Part shown: positions 50,270 to 62,437 of the stretch, piece after piece
Layout: each line of letters opens with the position of its first letter
How positions within the stretch are numbered: the stretch's first letter is position 1
Assembly: GCA_038087875.1 (NCBI GenBank)
Contig: JAXLNO010000471.1
Span: forward strand, 1 to 64,000
Reading direction: 5' to 3'
Source of the DNA: Malacoraja senta
Lineage: Eukaryota
DNA length: 64,000 nt
Notes under the pieces: generated by a model
The model's database searches: none
Seen by the model: only the letters and a program-made list of their open reading frames with translations
Told to the model about the DNA's origin: nothing
Program-made: the position numbers and the translations under genes

Positions 50270-50960
50270 GTCAATGCTCATTGTCAGCAAGATGAAGGAG
50301 CTAACTATTGACTTCAGAAAGTGAGGGGTTGTGCATCCCCTAGTCAGCATCAATTGTGCCAAAGTAGAGACGGTCAAGAGCTTCATGTTCCACGCTGCCA
50401 ATACCACCAACAATTTGCCCTGGACTAATCACATTGAAGCTACAGCCAAGAAAGCACACAAACACCTCTACTTCCTTTGAAGATTAAGGAAGTTTGGCAT
50501 GTCTCCAATAACTTCTACAACTTCTACAGACGCACTGTGGAAATCATCCTATCGGAGGGGGCACAGCTTGGTTTGGTAACAACTCTGCCTAAGACCGCAG
50601 ACCAGACTCTATCCCCCATCAACTCCATCTACACTACACTTAAAGCAATCAAATTTAATCAAGGACCACACACCCTCATTTCCCTATTTTCCCTTCTCTC
50701 TTTGGGTAGAACGTTTGAAAGCACATATTACCAGATTTTACCCCTCTGTTGTCAGACTACTGAATGGTTCTCCCTTAAGCTAATGTACAGCCCCGATCTT
50801 CTAATCTATCTCTTTGTGAACCTTCCACCATTTTTAAACTGTATTTTCTCTGTAACTGTAACATTCTAATGCTGTAATGCTAAATGCTGCACTCTGGTAA
50901 TTTTCCCTTTAAATTCCCTGTTGTACTTGGATATGCCTGATTGTACTCAAGTATAGTATC
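50270..50960 (+). mobile_element. Decayed Rex1/Babar LINE 3' fragment
   Basis: VSKMKELTIDFRK..VETVKSF..AKKAHKHLYFL..NFYRRTVEIIL motifs with frameshifts. Confidence 0.7.
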
Positions 50961-50961
50961 G

Positions 50962-51300
50962 TTCATAAATGCTAGAGCAGATTTGGCCATTCAGCCCATC
51001 AAATCTACACTGCCATTCAATCATCACTGACCTATCTTTGCCTCTCAACCCCATTCTCCTGCCTTCTCCCCATAACCTCTGATACCCATACTGATCAAGA
51101 ATTTATCAGTCCCTGCCTTAAAAATATCCATTGACTTGACCTCCACAGACTTCTGTGGTAATGAATTCCACAGATTCACGACTCTCTGACTAAACACATT
51201 TCTCCTCATCTCCTTCCTAAAGGGGCTATGGCCTCTGGTCCTGGACTCTCCCACTAGTGGTAACATCCTCTCCACATTCACTTTATCCAGGCCTTTCACT
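50962..51300 (-). mobile_element. CR1/HER1 LINE 3' fragment
   Basis: KGLDKVNVERMLPLVGESRTRGH..FSQRVVNLWNSLP..GIRGYGEKAGEWG. Confidence 0.8.
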
Positions 51301-52750
51301 TGAGTTAGTTTATTGTCACGTGTACCAAGGTGAAAAGCTTTTGTTGCGTGCTAACCATTCAGTGGAAAGATTCTACATGATTACAATCAAGCCATCCAGT
51401 GTACAGATACAATGGTTTCTTTTCACGTATACCAGGTACAGTGAAATATCTTTTTTGTATACAGCTCAGCAAAACTATCCCATACATAGCACAATCACTC
51501 TGGTCAGTACAGTATGCACAGAACAGCCCACTGAGTCCATATGCAAGACGCATCATTTTACAGTCCCAGCTGCAGCTGGCCACAAAGCTCGTTGCAGCTG
51601 TCGCCTGTATTCCGGTCATCCCTCGAACTGATGTCCCTCTCCACGCCTACCTTCTTCAGCCCTTGTTCCCCCGGGGGTCACCTCCTGCAGCCGACGTTAA
51701 CGGCATGGAAGGCAACAATTCACCCCCTGTTCCTCTCACCAGGCCCTTTGTTCAGCATCCGCCACCATCGCTGTCACCCCCCCAACACCCTCCTCTCAGA
51801 TTCCCAATCCACGAGGTGAGCAGGGGCCGGCTGTTGAATACAGGATTTGGCTGGATAGCACGCAAACAAAGTTTATCACTGTATCTTGGTACACGTGACA
51901 ATAATAAACTAATCACCATTAACCAGCAATCCCATGCATCGTGTGAATGATAGCTACTTTCCTGTTTACGTGGACAGTTTGTGTTCGGGGTGGGTGAAGT
52001 GTTAGGCAGATAGCAGTAGATGCGGAGACCATCAACAGACCCAGAAGGAAGGATGTCAGTGGTCAGAGAAGGAGGGTTGAGGTGTTTAGTTAGTGATTCA
52101 TTGCTGAGAAAACAGGAGGAACCAAGCCTGCACTGGGTTCCTTTATTAGGCCAAGACTGGTGTTCCTGTTTCATCTGAAACCAGCAATGTTTTTAATATG
52201 TATAGGAAGGAACTGCAAATGCAGGTTAACACTGAAGATGGACACAAAATGCTGGAGTAACATAATGTGTTAGGCAGCATCTCTGGAGAAAAGGAGTAGG
52301 TGACATTTTAGGATGGAACCTTTCTTCAGATTGATAGTAGAGGTTGGGGGGGGGGGGGTGGCGGGGCATTTAACAAAATAATTCTGGCCGATAATTCCAG
52401 TAATGTAGATAGATTGGAGAAGATGGAGTTGTTCACCTTGGAACCGAGTGAAGAGTGGGTCTCTTTCAGGTGTTTAAATTCATGAAAAGTTTTGACAGGG
52501 TAGATGGAAAGATAAGGTGTATCTTTAAGGTGTGGTCCAGTATGAAGGTGATTAACAAAAGAACCGAAAATGACATGGCAGAGTGTGGGGTTAGTGTCTG
52601 GAATGCAGTGTCGAGGGTTGTAGTGGAGGCAGATTCAATTGTAACGATAAAAAGAAAACTGCGTAAGAATTCTGAAAGATAAGAAATTATGGAGCAGGGG
52701 TAGTTAGACTAGCTGGAATGCTCCTAGATAGTGTTGGTAGTCTGAATGCT

Positions 52751-53254
52751 GGTCTTCAATGATGGACGCCTTCCAACGGGCCGCTACAGCAGACGCATCC
52801 CGGTGGGCTGCGGATTTTCTGGGGCCGGAGCCCCCTTGGGTCAGAGCCCGCAGCCGAGGTCGGAGCCCGCACACCACGAGTCAAGGAGCCCGTGCGCCAA
52901 CGGAGCTCACAGCCGCGGCTGGGGCCTGGGACGGCGCCACGGATGCGTCCAGCGAGGACCCGGCGGCGATAGTGGAGAGGTCGGTGCGGCGGTCGATGAG
53001 GGCGCCGACCGACAGACGAGGACGGACCACGTGGAATGAGGACGCCGCTGCCGAGGAACATTGCAGGACCCAGCGTGGGGGAACTGCCGTGGGGGAGGGG
53101 GAGGGGGTTGGGGGAGAACCAAGGGGGACCTGGCACGGATACTCTGTAACTTTGTCAGCACCCTTTATGGGCGATTATTTACATACTTTGGGTATACAAG
53201 CAAAGAATTTCACTGTGACATGGTCACATGTGACAATAAAGTATTCATTCATTC
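52751..53254 (+). mobile_element. GC-rich non-autonomous retroposon (504 bp) with Rex1-type tail
   Basis: 6-bp TSD AATGCT (52745-52750, 53255-53260). Ends aatttcactgtgacatggtcacatgtgacaataaagt(attc)n. Confidence 0.7.
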
Positions 53255-54187
53255 AATGCTTCATAAGTTCACGTTCATAAGTCATAGGAGCAGAATTAGG
53301 CCATTTGGTCCATCGAGTCTACTCCGCCATTCAATGATGGCTGATAGATCTTTCCATCTCAATCCTATTCTCCTGCCTTCTCCCTTTAAAGTTTGATACC
53401 CATACGAATGAAGAACCTGTCAATCTCTGCTTTAAAAATACCCAGTGGCTTGGCCACTTCCACAGATTCATCACCAAAATAAATTCCTCCTCTCCTTTCT
53501 GAAGGTACGTCTATTTATTTTGAGGCTGTGCCCTCCGGTTCTAGACTCCACTAGTGAAAACATCCACTTTATCCAGACGTTTCACTATTCAGTTGGTTTT
53601 AATAATTCTGTGAAAGGTAAGAACTTATAGAGAAGGGGAGTCGGAGTAGCTGGATTCCTACCAGATAGAGCTGGTAGTGTGAATGCTTCAATCATTCTGT
53701 GATTGGAATGAATGACAAGCCAGAATAAATGACTCGGAGTGGAAAAAGGACTCAAGGGCATTCAATGTTGTTTTAGTTCTTGATCCTAAAGTACTGTGAC
53801 ATTTTCTGCCAGCAGGTGAATATTACTCATATTGATATTTATTTTAGTTAGACGGTAAAGGGAAGCAAATTTGTAAGATGGGCGTTCCACTGCAGAGTGC
53901 AGGTACTACTCTACGTGAGAACGCTTGGAGCTGTGACAAGGTGTGTCTAGTTTACTTAATAGCGTTTTACAGACAGGCCAAGGAGTTTTACATGCAGCCC
54001 AGGGATCTTTTAGGCACATGGTGTAATCAATAAAGGGGAGACACCCGGACAGCAGGATTTATTATTTGTAAGTAACACTACAGAAACTGCAGTTATGTTA
54101 AGGACAAAGCTGCCTCATTGCAAATAAATCAAACTGCAGCAGACACTTGTTCGCAAAAAATTGCCATGCGATATGAAATATGATTAT

Positions 54188-54420
54188 GGTGGCACAGTGG
54201 CGCAGCTGGCAGAGCCGCTGCCTCAGAGCGCCAGAGACCCAGGATCTATCCTGATTTCAGGCGCTGTCAGTGTAGAGTTTGCATGTTCTCCCTGTGACTG
54301 CGTAGGTTTTCTCCGGGTGCTCCAGTTTCCTCCCAAATCCCAAAGACGTGCAATCTGTAGATAAATTGTCCCTCTGTAAAATTGTCCCTAACGTGTAGGG
54401 AGTGAATGAACAGGGAGCAG
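54188..54420 (+). mobile_element. HE1-like SINE
   Basis: ggtggcacagtggcgcagctggcagag head and core; tail truncated. Confidence 0.75.
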
Positions 54421-55442
54421 CTTGCATAGGGTAGAGTGTTGCCACTCATGAACAGCTTGTTGTCTTCATAAGGGCCCCAAATCTTAACGTTCAGTTTCTA
54501 TTTTCATTCTCCATAGTTTAGGTTTGTGTTCACTATTGTCTACCGAGTTATTGTGCAAAGCTTAGTTTTGCATGCTATCCAATATGATCAGATAAAACTA
54601 TACATAAATACAACCAAGTCAAACTCAAATATATAGGTAGAGGGAAGGGGAAGGGGACAGCATCATACTTCAATTTCAGCCCGTACTCAAAATTCATGAC
54701 CATAGTTAATCTCACTTTGTGGCAAGTGGGGTTTGCAGATAGAGAATAATATTGATAAAATATACAAAAATCTCCTGGATGGATAGTAACATGCATGGAT
54801 AAGCATTTCCCATTCCATGGCACAATCCATTGAAGCAAGACTATACCACCTGTGTCAATTAGCCATAATCACTGTGTAATTTGTTTTAAATATTTTTCAC
54901 ATTAGACTTAAGCTTTGGAGATGACTCCGAAGGGCCAATAGTTAATTTTTCAAAATGTTAATGGGAAAAATCATATTTAATATTTGTAGTGTTTCATTTC
55001 ATGAAATGATTTAAGTACAGATACTTAGCTCATCATAGTCTTAATGAGAGCACTTTTATAGGCATGGCTTACATTTGCAGTCTTCAAAAGTAATATTTCA
55101 TATTTATTGAATTTAAAGAATATATGAGCACTTTGCTCGTTTTCTCACATTACAACAGTAACTATACTTCAAAAGTACTTAATTGGTTGTAAAACAATCT
55201 TTAGGTCACACAACAGCTCCATGTAATTGGAAGATCTTTAAGCTCTCTTTAAGACCATGGCTCTAATTGGTGACATTTGTGTTGCATCCATTCATTCGGT
55301 TCTCTTTATATCTCAACTATCACAAATATCTTCCTAGAGAGAGCACATTTCTGATTCATTAAACACCTACCAGTAGCTCTAAACATACTATGTGAGACAA
55401 TAAAGAGTTGGATTCTGTTACCTAGAGTAGAGGAACCAGAGG

Positions 55443-57176
55443 CAGGGCCGGATTTAGATGAAGAGAGGCCCTAGGCTATTCCACTTGTGAGGCCCCTCCC
55501 AATCCCCCACCACCACGACGAGAGGAAGATGGAAGAATCCACCAGATTGACACCGATGTGCAGCCGAGCGTGACCAATGAGATAAGGGCTGGAAAGCTGC
55601 GCTTTTTATTTATTGCCAGTGCTAATGTCGAGTTATCGGCTTAAAACACTATTATTCTGAAATGGAGGGCAAGGAAAATTACTGAAGTGTTGTTTAGAGA
55701 CTACAGTGCATTGTGACAGCATATGTAAGAAAGGCCTATGACAGTGTCAACAATATTATACACCAGGCCCGTATGAAGCTTTTCAAGAAGGGCGGTGGCA
55801 TGGCAGGATTACAAACATTTAATGTGAAATAAGTGCATGCAGCGCATATCACAAGTGCGAAACTCAAAGACCCTTGCGGCCGGGGTCCAGGGCCCGCTTA
55901 AGGGCCCTGGAAGCTCTGGGGTTTTAGATGCTCTCTGGTGCATTCTGAGCCTTATTTTGGAGCATTTTTGCACCATATTTATGACCAATATTTCAAAAAT
56001 AATTTTGGTTGCGTCAAGAGTAATGTGGTTGGAATGGGATCATTGGGGTCATTGGGGTCATTGTATACATTTTTAAAAATCAAGAATTGAAGCTGTCCTT
56101 GTTTTAACAATCAAGTTGTACTGTAAAATGTTATAAAGGAGCATGCAAACACTGCAAATAAAATACTGTAAGTTTTTGCAGTAAATAAAACCTTTTTTTA
56201 GAAAATGTTTTGTGTGTTGATTTGATTACCTGTTACTGTTCAACTGTGTTAGTGTGTGCACATTAAAAATATGATGCAAAATGAAAGTCGCAAACTATGG
56301 AATTCATATTTTTCAGTATTGTTATCAAGGAAAAGAAAGCAGTTCCAATTGTTTGATATTATTCATATGGAGGAGAAAATATACTTGTTCTAAAACCTAC
56401 CTTAATTTTGCAATCTCACTAAAGATAATCCCCCTTTCCCTCTCCCCCCTCCGCCTTCCCCCTCCCTCTCCCACCACCTCTCTCTCCCTCCCCATCTCTC
56501 TCTCCCCCCTCCCCCTTTCCCCTCTCTCTCTCCCCCTCCCCCTCTCTCTCTCTCCCCTCCCTCTCTCTCCCCCCTCTGTCTCAACCCCCCCTTTCCCCCT
56601 CTCACATCCCCCCTCTCTCTCCCTCCCTCCCCCTCTCCATCCCATGCAGCGAGACTCCGACTCTGCGCCGCAGACACCGCAGCCCCAGCCCGGAGAAACG
56701 GGCACTCCCGCAACGCAATATTCCATTACCTACCTGGAGTAGACACCTAGGATCTTTGGTAGACACGAGGCATTGAGGTGATTGTGTGGAGTGCAAATGG
56801 AGATCTGAACCCGCCCGGGCCCACTGCGCACGCACGGAGAGACAGTGTCATTTTGCGTGGCTACTGTGCCACCGGCTTCCCCCAACTGCGCAGGCCCGGA
56901 TGGTCGCAATTTTTTTCCCCAAACCTTCCACCGGGCCGGAACCAGAATTTCGGGTAATTTCCGTCAAAGTGGAAAGGCTGATAGTGCTCCAATTTTTTTT
57001 TTCTCGGGATTTTTTTTACTCTATGAAAAAAACACCTTGGCCGGAAGCCCCCTAGATTTTGAGGCCCCAGGCTTCAGCCTATGAAGCCTATAGGTAAATC
57101 CGGCCCTGCCGAGGCCCCCCTAGATCACCAGGCCCTAGGCTTAAGCCTATGAAGCTTATACGTAAATCCGGCCCTG
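55443..57176. mobile_element. Non-autonomous hAT-type DNA transposon (1734 bp)
   Basis: TIRs CAGGGCCGGATTTA / TAAATCCGGCCCTG. 8-bp TSD ACCAGAGG / AGCAGAGG (one mismatch). Interrupts a CR1 fragment. Internal CT-rich tract at 56430-56640. Confidence 0.85.
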
Positions 57177-57223
57177 AGCAGAGGACATGGGTTTAAGGTG
57201 AGAGGGGAAGATTTAACAAGAAC

Positions 57224-58178
57224 CTAATTTTTTGTATTATTACTGGGCCGCAAATGTCAAAAATATGATTCACCTGTTGGACAACTCGGTCCAGCAGGTG
57301 GATTGGATAGTAATGGAGATAGAGGATTGTTCCCCTTTTAATATAGGAGCGATCCTTCTCTCACCAACAAAATTGAAGAATACAATATATAGTAAGAATC
57401 CAATTATCCATAGTACAATTAGAATTTGGAAACAAATAAAATTAACTTTAAAATTAAGAAATCTATCGCTTCTTTCACCTATAATGAATAATCCTTCGTT
57501 TAAACCTTCTACGATAGATAAATCGTACACACTGGGATAGATTAGGAATTAAAACGTTTGGAGATATGTATGATAATGGAAGTTTTTTTTAACATTTCAC
57601 CAACTACAACTTAAATACAATTTGAGTAGTAATCAATATTTTAAATATTTTCAAATACGTGACTATTTGAAAAAATATACACAAGAATATCAAAATATCT
57701 CCAGATTTATTAGACGACATAATGAATATAAAAGCAGAATCAACTAATTTAATATCATACCTGTATAATACCATCCTAAATATAGAAATACCATCATCCT
57801 ATAGGATTAGAAGAGATTGGGAACAAGAACTAGCTATAAAAATCTCGAAAGAGAGTTGGGATAAACACTTGTTATATGTACATAAATGCTCGATTAACGT
57901 AAGACACATTCTAATTCAATTTAAAATCTTACATAGATTATACTACTCAAAAGCTAAAATAAGTAAATTTTACCCAAATGTATCTTCTATCTGTGATAAA
58001 TGTCTAACTCAAGAAGCAAATATAGCACATTCTTTTGTTTTTTGTATAAAAATTCAAAAATTTTGGAATGAAATCTTTGACATTTTCACGAAATTATTTA
58101 AAATAAAACTGAAACCGAATGCAGAACTGATCATTTTTGGAACAATCGAAGCCAGTTTGGAGCTGTCTTCGTTTCAAA
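57224..58178 (+). mobile_element. Internal L1 ORF2 fragment (same family as 20.5-23.3 kb)
   Basis: YYYWAANVKN..KNPIIHSTIRIWKQIK..HKCSINVRHILIQFKILHRLY..CDKC..AHSF; no 3'UTR or poly(A). Confidence 0.85.
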
Positions 58179-58834
58179 GGAGCTTGAGAAGCAACTTTTT
58201 CACGCAGATAGTGGTGGGAATAAGCTGCCAGAGGAGATAGTTGAGGCAGGTACAATAACAACATATAAAACACACTTGGACAGATATATGGATAGGAAAG
58301 GTTTGGAGGGATATGGGCCAAACGTGGACAAATGGTGATAGCTTGGATGGGATATCTTGGTCAGCCTGGATGAGTTGGGTTGAAGGGCCTGTTTCCGTGC
58401 TGTATGACCCTATACTGTAACTGTGATTCTTTATGACTCTCGGGGGGGGGGGGGGGGACACGTTTTTCACTCAGAGGGTGATTGGTATATGGAATGAGTT
58501 GCCAGAAGAGGTAGCTGAGGTTGGGATAATGATGATGATATTTAAAAGACATTCAGACAGGTGCAAAGATTGGAAAGGTTTGAAGCGATATGGGCCAGGC
58601 ACAGGTAAATGGGACTAGCTCAGATAGGCCACCTTGTCAGCATGGACAAAATGGGCCGGTGGCTGTTCCCATGCTCTATGATACGATGATCAGTAAGCCT
58701 CGCACCTTTCATAGTGAAACTGCTGGAATCCTATATCAAGGAGGTAATGTCAAGACATTTAGAAAATTCAATCAAACTAAGTCATTGCATTTTTTTTAAA
58801 GGGAAATTGGCATAGCCCAATACAGCTATCTAAA

Positions 58835-59052
58835 GATAGACACAAAATGCTGGTGCAATGCAACGGATCAGGCAGCATGTCTGGAGAAAATGGACAGGTG
58901 ATATTTCAGGTCGGGACCCTTCTGCAGACTGAAAAATTACCTGTCCATTTTCTCCAGAGATGCTGCCCGACCCGCTGATTTACTTCAGTATTTTGTGTCC
59001 ATCTCTGTTGTACTGTAAACCAGCATCTGCAGGTCATTCTTATTATATCAGC
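58835..59052. mobile_element. Foldback Penelope-derived repeat
   Basis: gacacaaaatgctgg..ggcagcatgtctggagaaaatggacaggtga followed by its near reverse complement. Confidence 0.65.
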
Positions 59053-62009
59053 TATCTAAAGCCCAATTTAGCTATTTTAACAGGATTTTTAAAAAAAGAT
59101 GAACTTTACTGCATGAATAAATAATTTGAAAATTGTAAGTTAACTTATTAACTTTCTTCCTTGCACGGTAGAGTTTCAAATATCCTTGGTAGATTTAATT
59201 CATTTGCTTCTACCACAAGACCACAGACCAACAGCTGAACTTAGTCTGCTGACTCCCACATTTTTTCAACAGAACTCTTTCAAAGAACTTACATTCTTTG
59301 CAGTTAGCATTCTTTCTGACTTAGCTGACCAACATTCTTCGCCTTATGGCCTTGCATCATTTTAAGTTTAATTTATTGTCACATGTTCCGAGGTACAGTG
59401 AAAAGCTATTTTGTCGCATGTTATCTAGTCAGCGGAAAGACTATACGTGGTTACAATCAAGCCATCCACAGTGTACAGATACAGTATATACAGTAGGGGA
59501 TAACATTAATGCAAGATAAAGTCTAGTGGAGTCCGATTAAAGATAGTCTGAGGGTCTCTAATGAGGTAGATGGTTGGTCAGGGCCACTCTCTAGTTGGTG
59601 ATAGGATGGTTAAGTTGCCAATACAAAGTTAATACACATCATCTATACCAACAATCTTTACAACATTGTTCCATTACAGCAACAATATTAATATGTTAGG
59701 AATGCTTTAAGGTAGACTTCTACATTTTAACATTCTACTATTTTGTTAATCTACCTTTTACATTTACTAAGGGCAGGGAATCAACATTGGATCTACACTT
59801 GGAATCAACACAGGAAAAATTGAGTCAATTATTTATGGACATTGTTAAGTAATTGAACACATAGATATTTATTAATAGACGAGTATCATTTGTGCTTACC
59901 TTAATATTCCAATAAACTATTAAAGCAGTGAATGCCTTATTTGAAAAGTAAGTACTACAAGAGACAATTGAAAATTATTTTACGTGTAGCTTCCTTAACC
60001 AACAAAACTGTGTGAACCAGATTTTGCCAATAATTTCGAATGGAAATTTCTTACTGGAACCACAATTTAAATATTATTCTCTTAGTTTTCATATAACTCA
60101 TTAGATCTGCGTTGGATACTTGCCATGCAATTTGGCATCATTCTGGTAAACCTCCGCTGCACCCTCTCCAAACCATCCACATCCTTCCTGTAAGGGGCAA
60201 ACAGAACTATATGCAGACCAATCAAGCCCTACAACCTTGCATCATGACTTCCTGACTCTTATACTCAATGCCCCATCCAATGAAGGTAAACGTACCGTGG
60301 ATTCTTTATATTCTTTAGAATATAATTTTCCAGTAGAAACAAGGGAACTGCAGATGCTGGCTTACACTAAGTGCTGGAGTAAATCAGCAGGTCAGGCAGC
60401 ATCTCTGGATAGGTGACGTTTCGGTCGGGACCCTTCTTCAGACGTTTTTCAGCATTGTTGCGTTACAGTTCCGGAGAAAACTAAAATATGGTACAGATGG
60501 AATTGTATCTTATTGGACATTTCCTCTATTACAGAAGAAAGTCCAATGTCTGATGATCATGACCCATTGACTCCAATTGCATGTGTGCATTGAGTTTGAC
60601 TTGTCCATCATGCCACATTTAATTGAGGGTTAAGGGTCGGTATTAATTAAGGACCAGATGGTAACATTTTTCCTATGGAACAATTTGTAAATCAATGCCC
60701 TCTGGGAAGAAGGATGAGGTGAAAATTGCTCAGGAAGAAATGAAAGTAAATATAAGCTGAGCTGTGAATGTCTTTTTTTTTGCATGTTAGAAACTTGAAA
60801 AGCTATTTGCCAATGGAATGGAAACAGTTGTTTATGACAAGACAACAATTTGTTATCTTGGGAGTTGAGATGTCGCTGAGCATAAAAATATCAAATGTAT
60901 TGAATGAATAAATCATTTACTTTCTTGAGTCAGAGAGTCTTACAGCATGGAAACAGGCACTATAGCCCATCATGTCTGCACCTACCATCAATCACACATT
61001 CGCACAATAAGGGCCTGAGCTATAAGGAAAGGTTGGACAAGCTAGGACTTTAGTCCATGAGGAGTGATTTTATGGATGTGTATAAAGACATGATAAAAAT
61101 AGATAAGGTAATTCCACAGAATATTTTACTCAGGGTAGGGGAATTAAACCCACAAGGGGGACATACAAACTCTGTACAGACAAGCACCTATAGTCAGAAT
61201 CAAACCCGGGTCCCTGGCACTGTAAGGCAGTAACTCTACCCGCTGTGCCACTGTGCCGCCACCTGGGTCACTGGAATTGTGAGGCACCTGGTCTGCCAGA
61301 TGTACCACTGTGCCACCCCAATACTGCAAATGTGCGAAATGAGAATCAAATATTCATCAGCATGTGTAGTGATTGTACAAAAGTTGACAACAACACAAGA
61401 TGGAGCCTTGAAAATTACTGAAGTAATCAAGTTATAAATTCTTGAAATAATGATTTGCAAGACTAAAGATTAATCACTCTAGCATTTTAATCAATGCAAG
61501 TAAATCATCTGAATATGATATTCTGAATGCCAAGATCAGGCCTGTCTGGAAATATCCAAATGGGATGTTCACATATGACAGAAGAACTTCAGCAGTGGAG
61601 TGTTCTATCTCACACTTTATCAATCAAACCAATGATTTTCTAAAGCTATAAAACACTGGATAAATGAGGCAGTGGTTGAAGCAACACCACAATTTTTATT
61701 GAATAAGAGTCAAGGAGCAGCCATGTAGGGAAATATAATTAGTAGGTTGATGGAAAGACTTAAATTTGACCCCATATGCTCCTTAATGAAGCCAGGTAAG
61801 ATTGATTCTTATCTATTTGAATTTGAAATCTTATTAGAGTCATAGAGTGATACAGTGTGGAAACAGCCAATTCGCACAACTTGCCCACACCGGCTAACAT
61901 GCCCCAGCTATACTGGTCCTACCTGCCTGCGCTTGGTCCATATCCCTCCAAACCTGTCCTATCCATGTACCTGTCTAACTGTTTCTTAAATGATGGGATA
62001 TCCCAGCTT

Positions 62010-62414
62010 TAAGTACTTTAAAAAAAAAAAAAAATTGAGGTCGGGTAAGGGGGATGATAGTTGAAGAGTTGGTATGTCCTATTTACGTGATGCTCAAAAA
62101 AAAAACACATTTGTTTCTCTTTTTTTCTCTTTCTCTTTTCTTTTCTTAGGGCCTATTTCTTAACTCTTTTTCTTTTTGTTTTTAATTTCGCTCTTATAAG
62201 GGTCTTCGTCCTTTTTTGTTGTTACATTTTCTACACTTTTCTACACTTGCACTTTTTCCTTCACTTTCTTCTCTCTTTCAATCTTTTCTTTCTCTAGTGT
62301 AAAAAAATAAATAAAGGGAGTACATTAATTGTAAGATGATATAAATGACGAGTATTAATGTATGTGGTTGTAATGTAATGTACTTCTAATAAATAAAAAT
62401 TAAAAAAAAAAAAA
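62010..62414 (+). mobile_element. Probable L1-type 3'UTR/poly(A) insertion between 199-bp direct repeats
   Basis: T-rich UTR, ttctaataaataaaaatt(a)n tail like the L1 end at 23.3 kb. Flanks 61811-62009 and 62415-62613 differ at only one position that I could see. Confidence 0.7.
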
Positions 62415-62437
62415 ATCTATTTGAGTTTGAAATCTTA

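Noticed and set aside
56281..56835. Pro/Leu/Ser-rich and Gly/Arg/Glu-rich ORFs
   Set aside because: Translations of a CT-rich simple repeat inside a non-autonomous hAT element.
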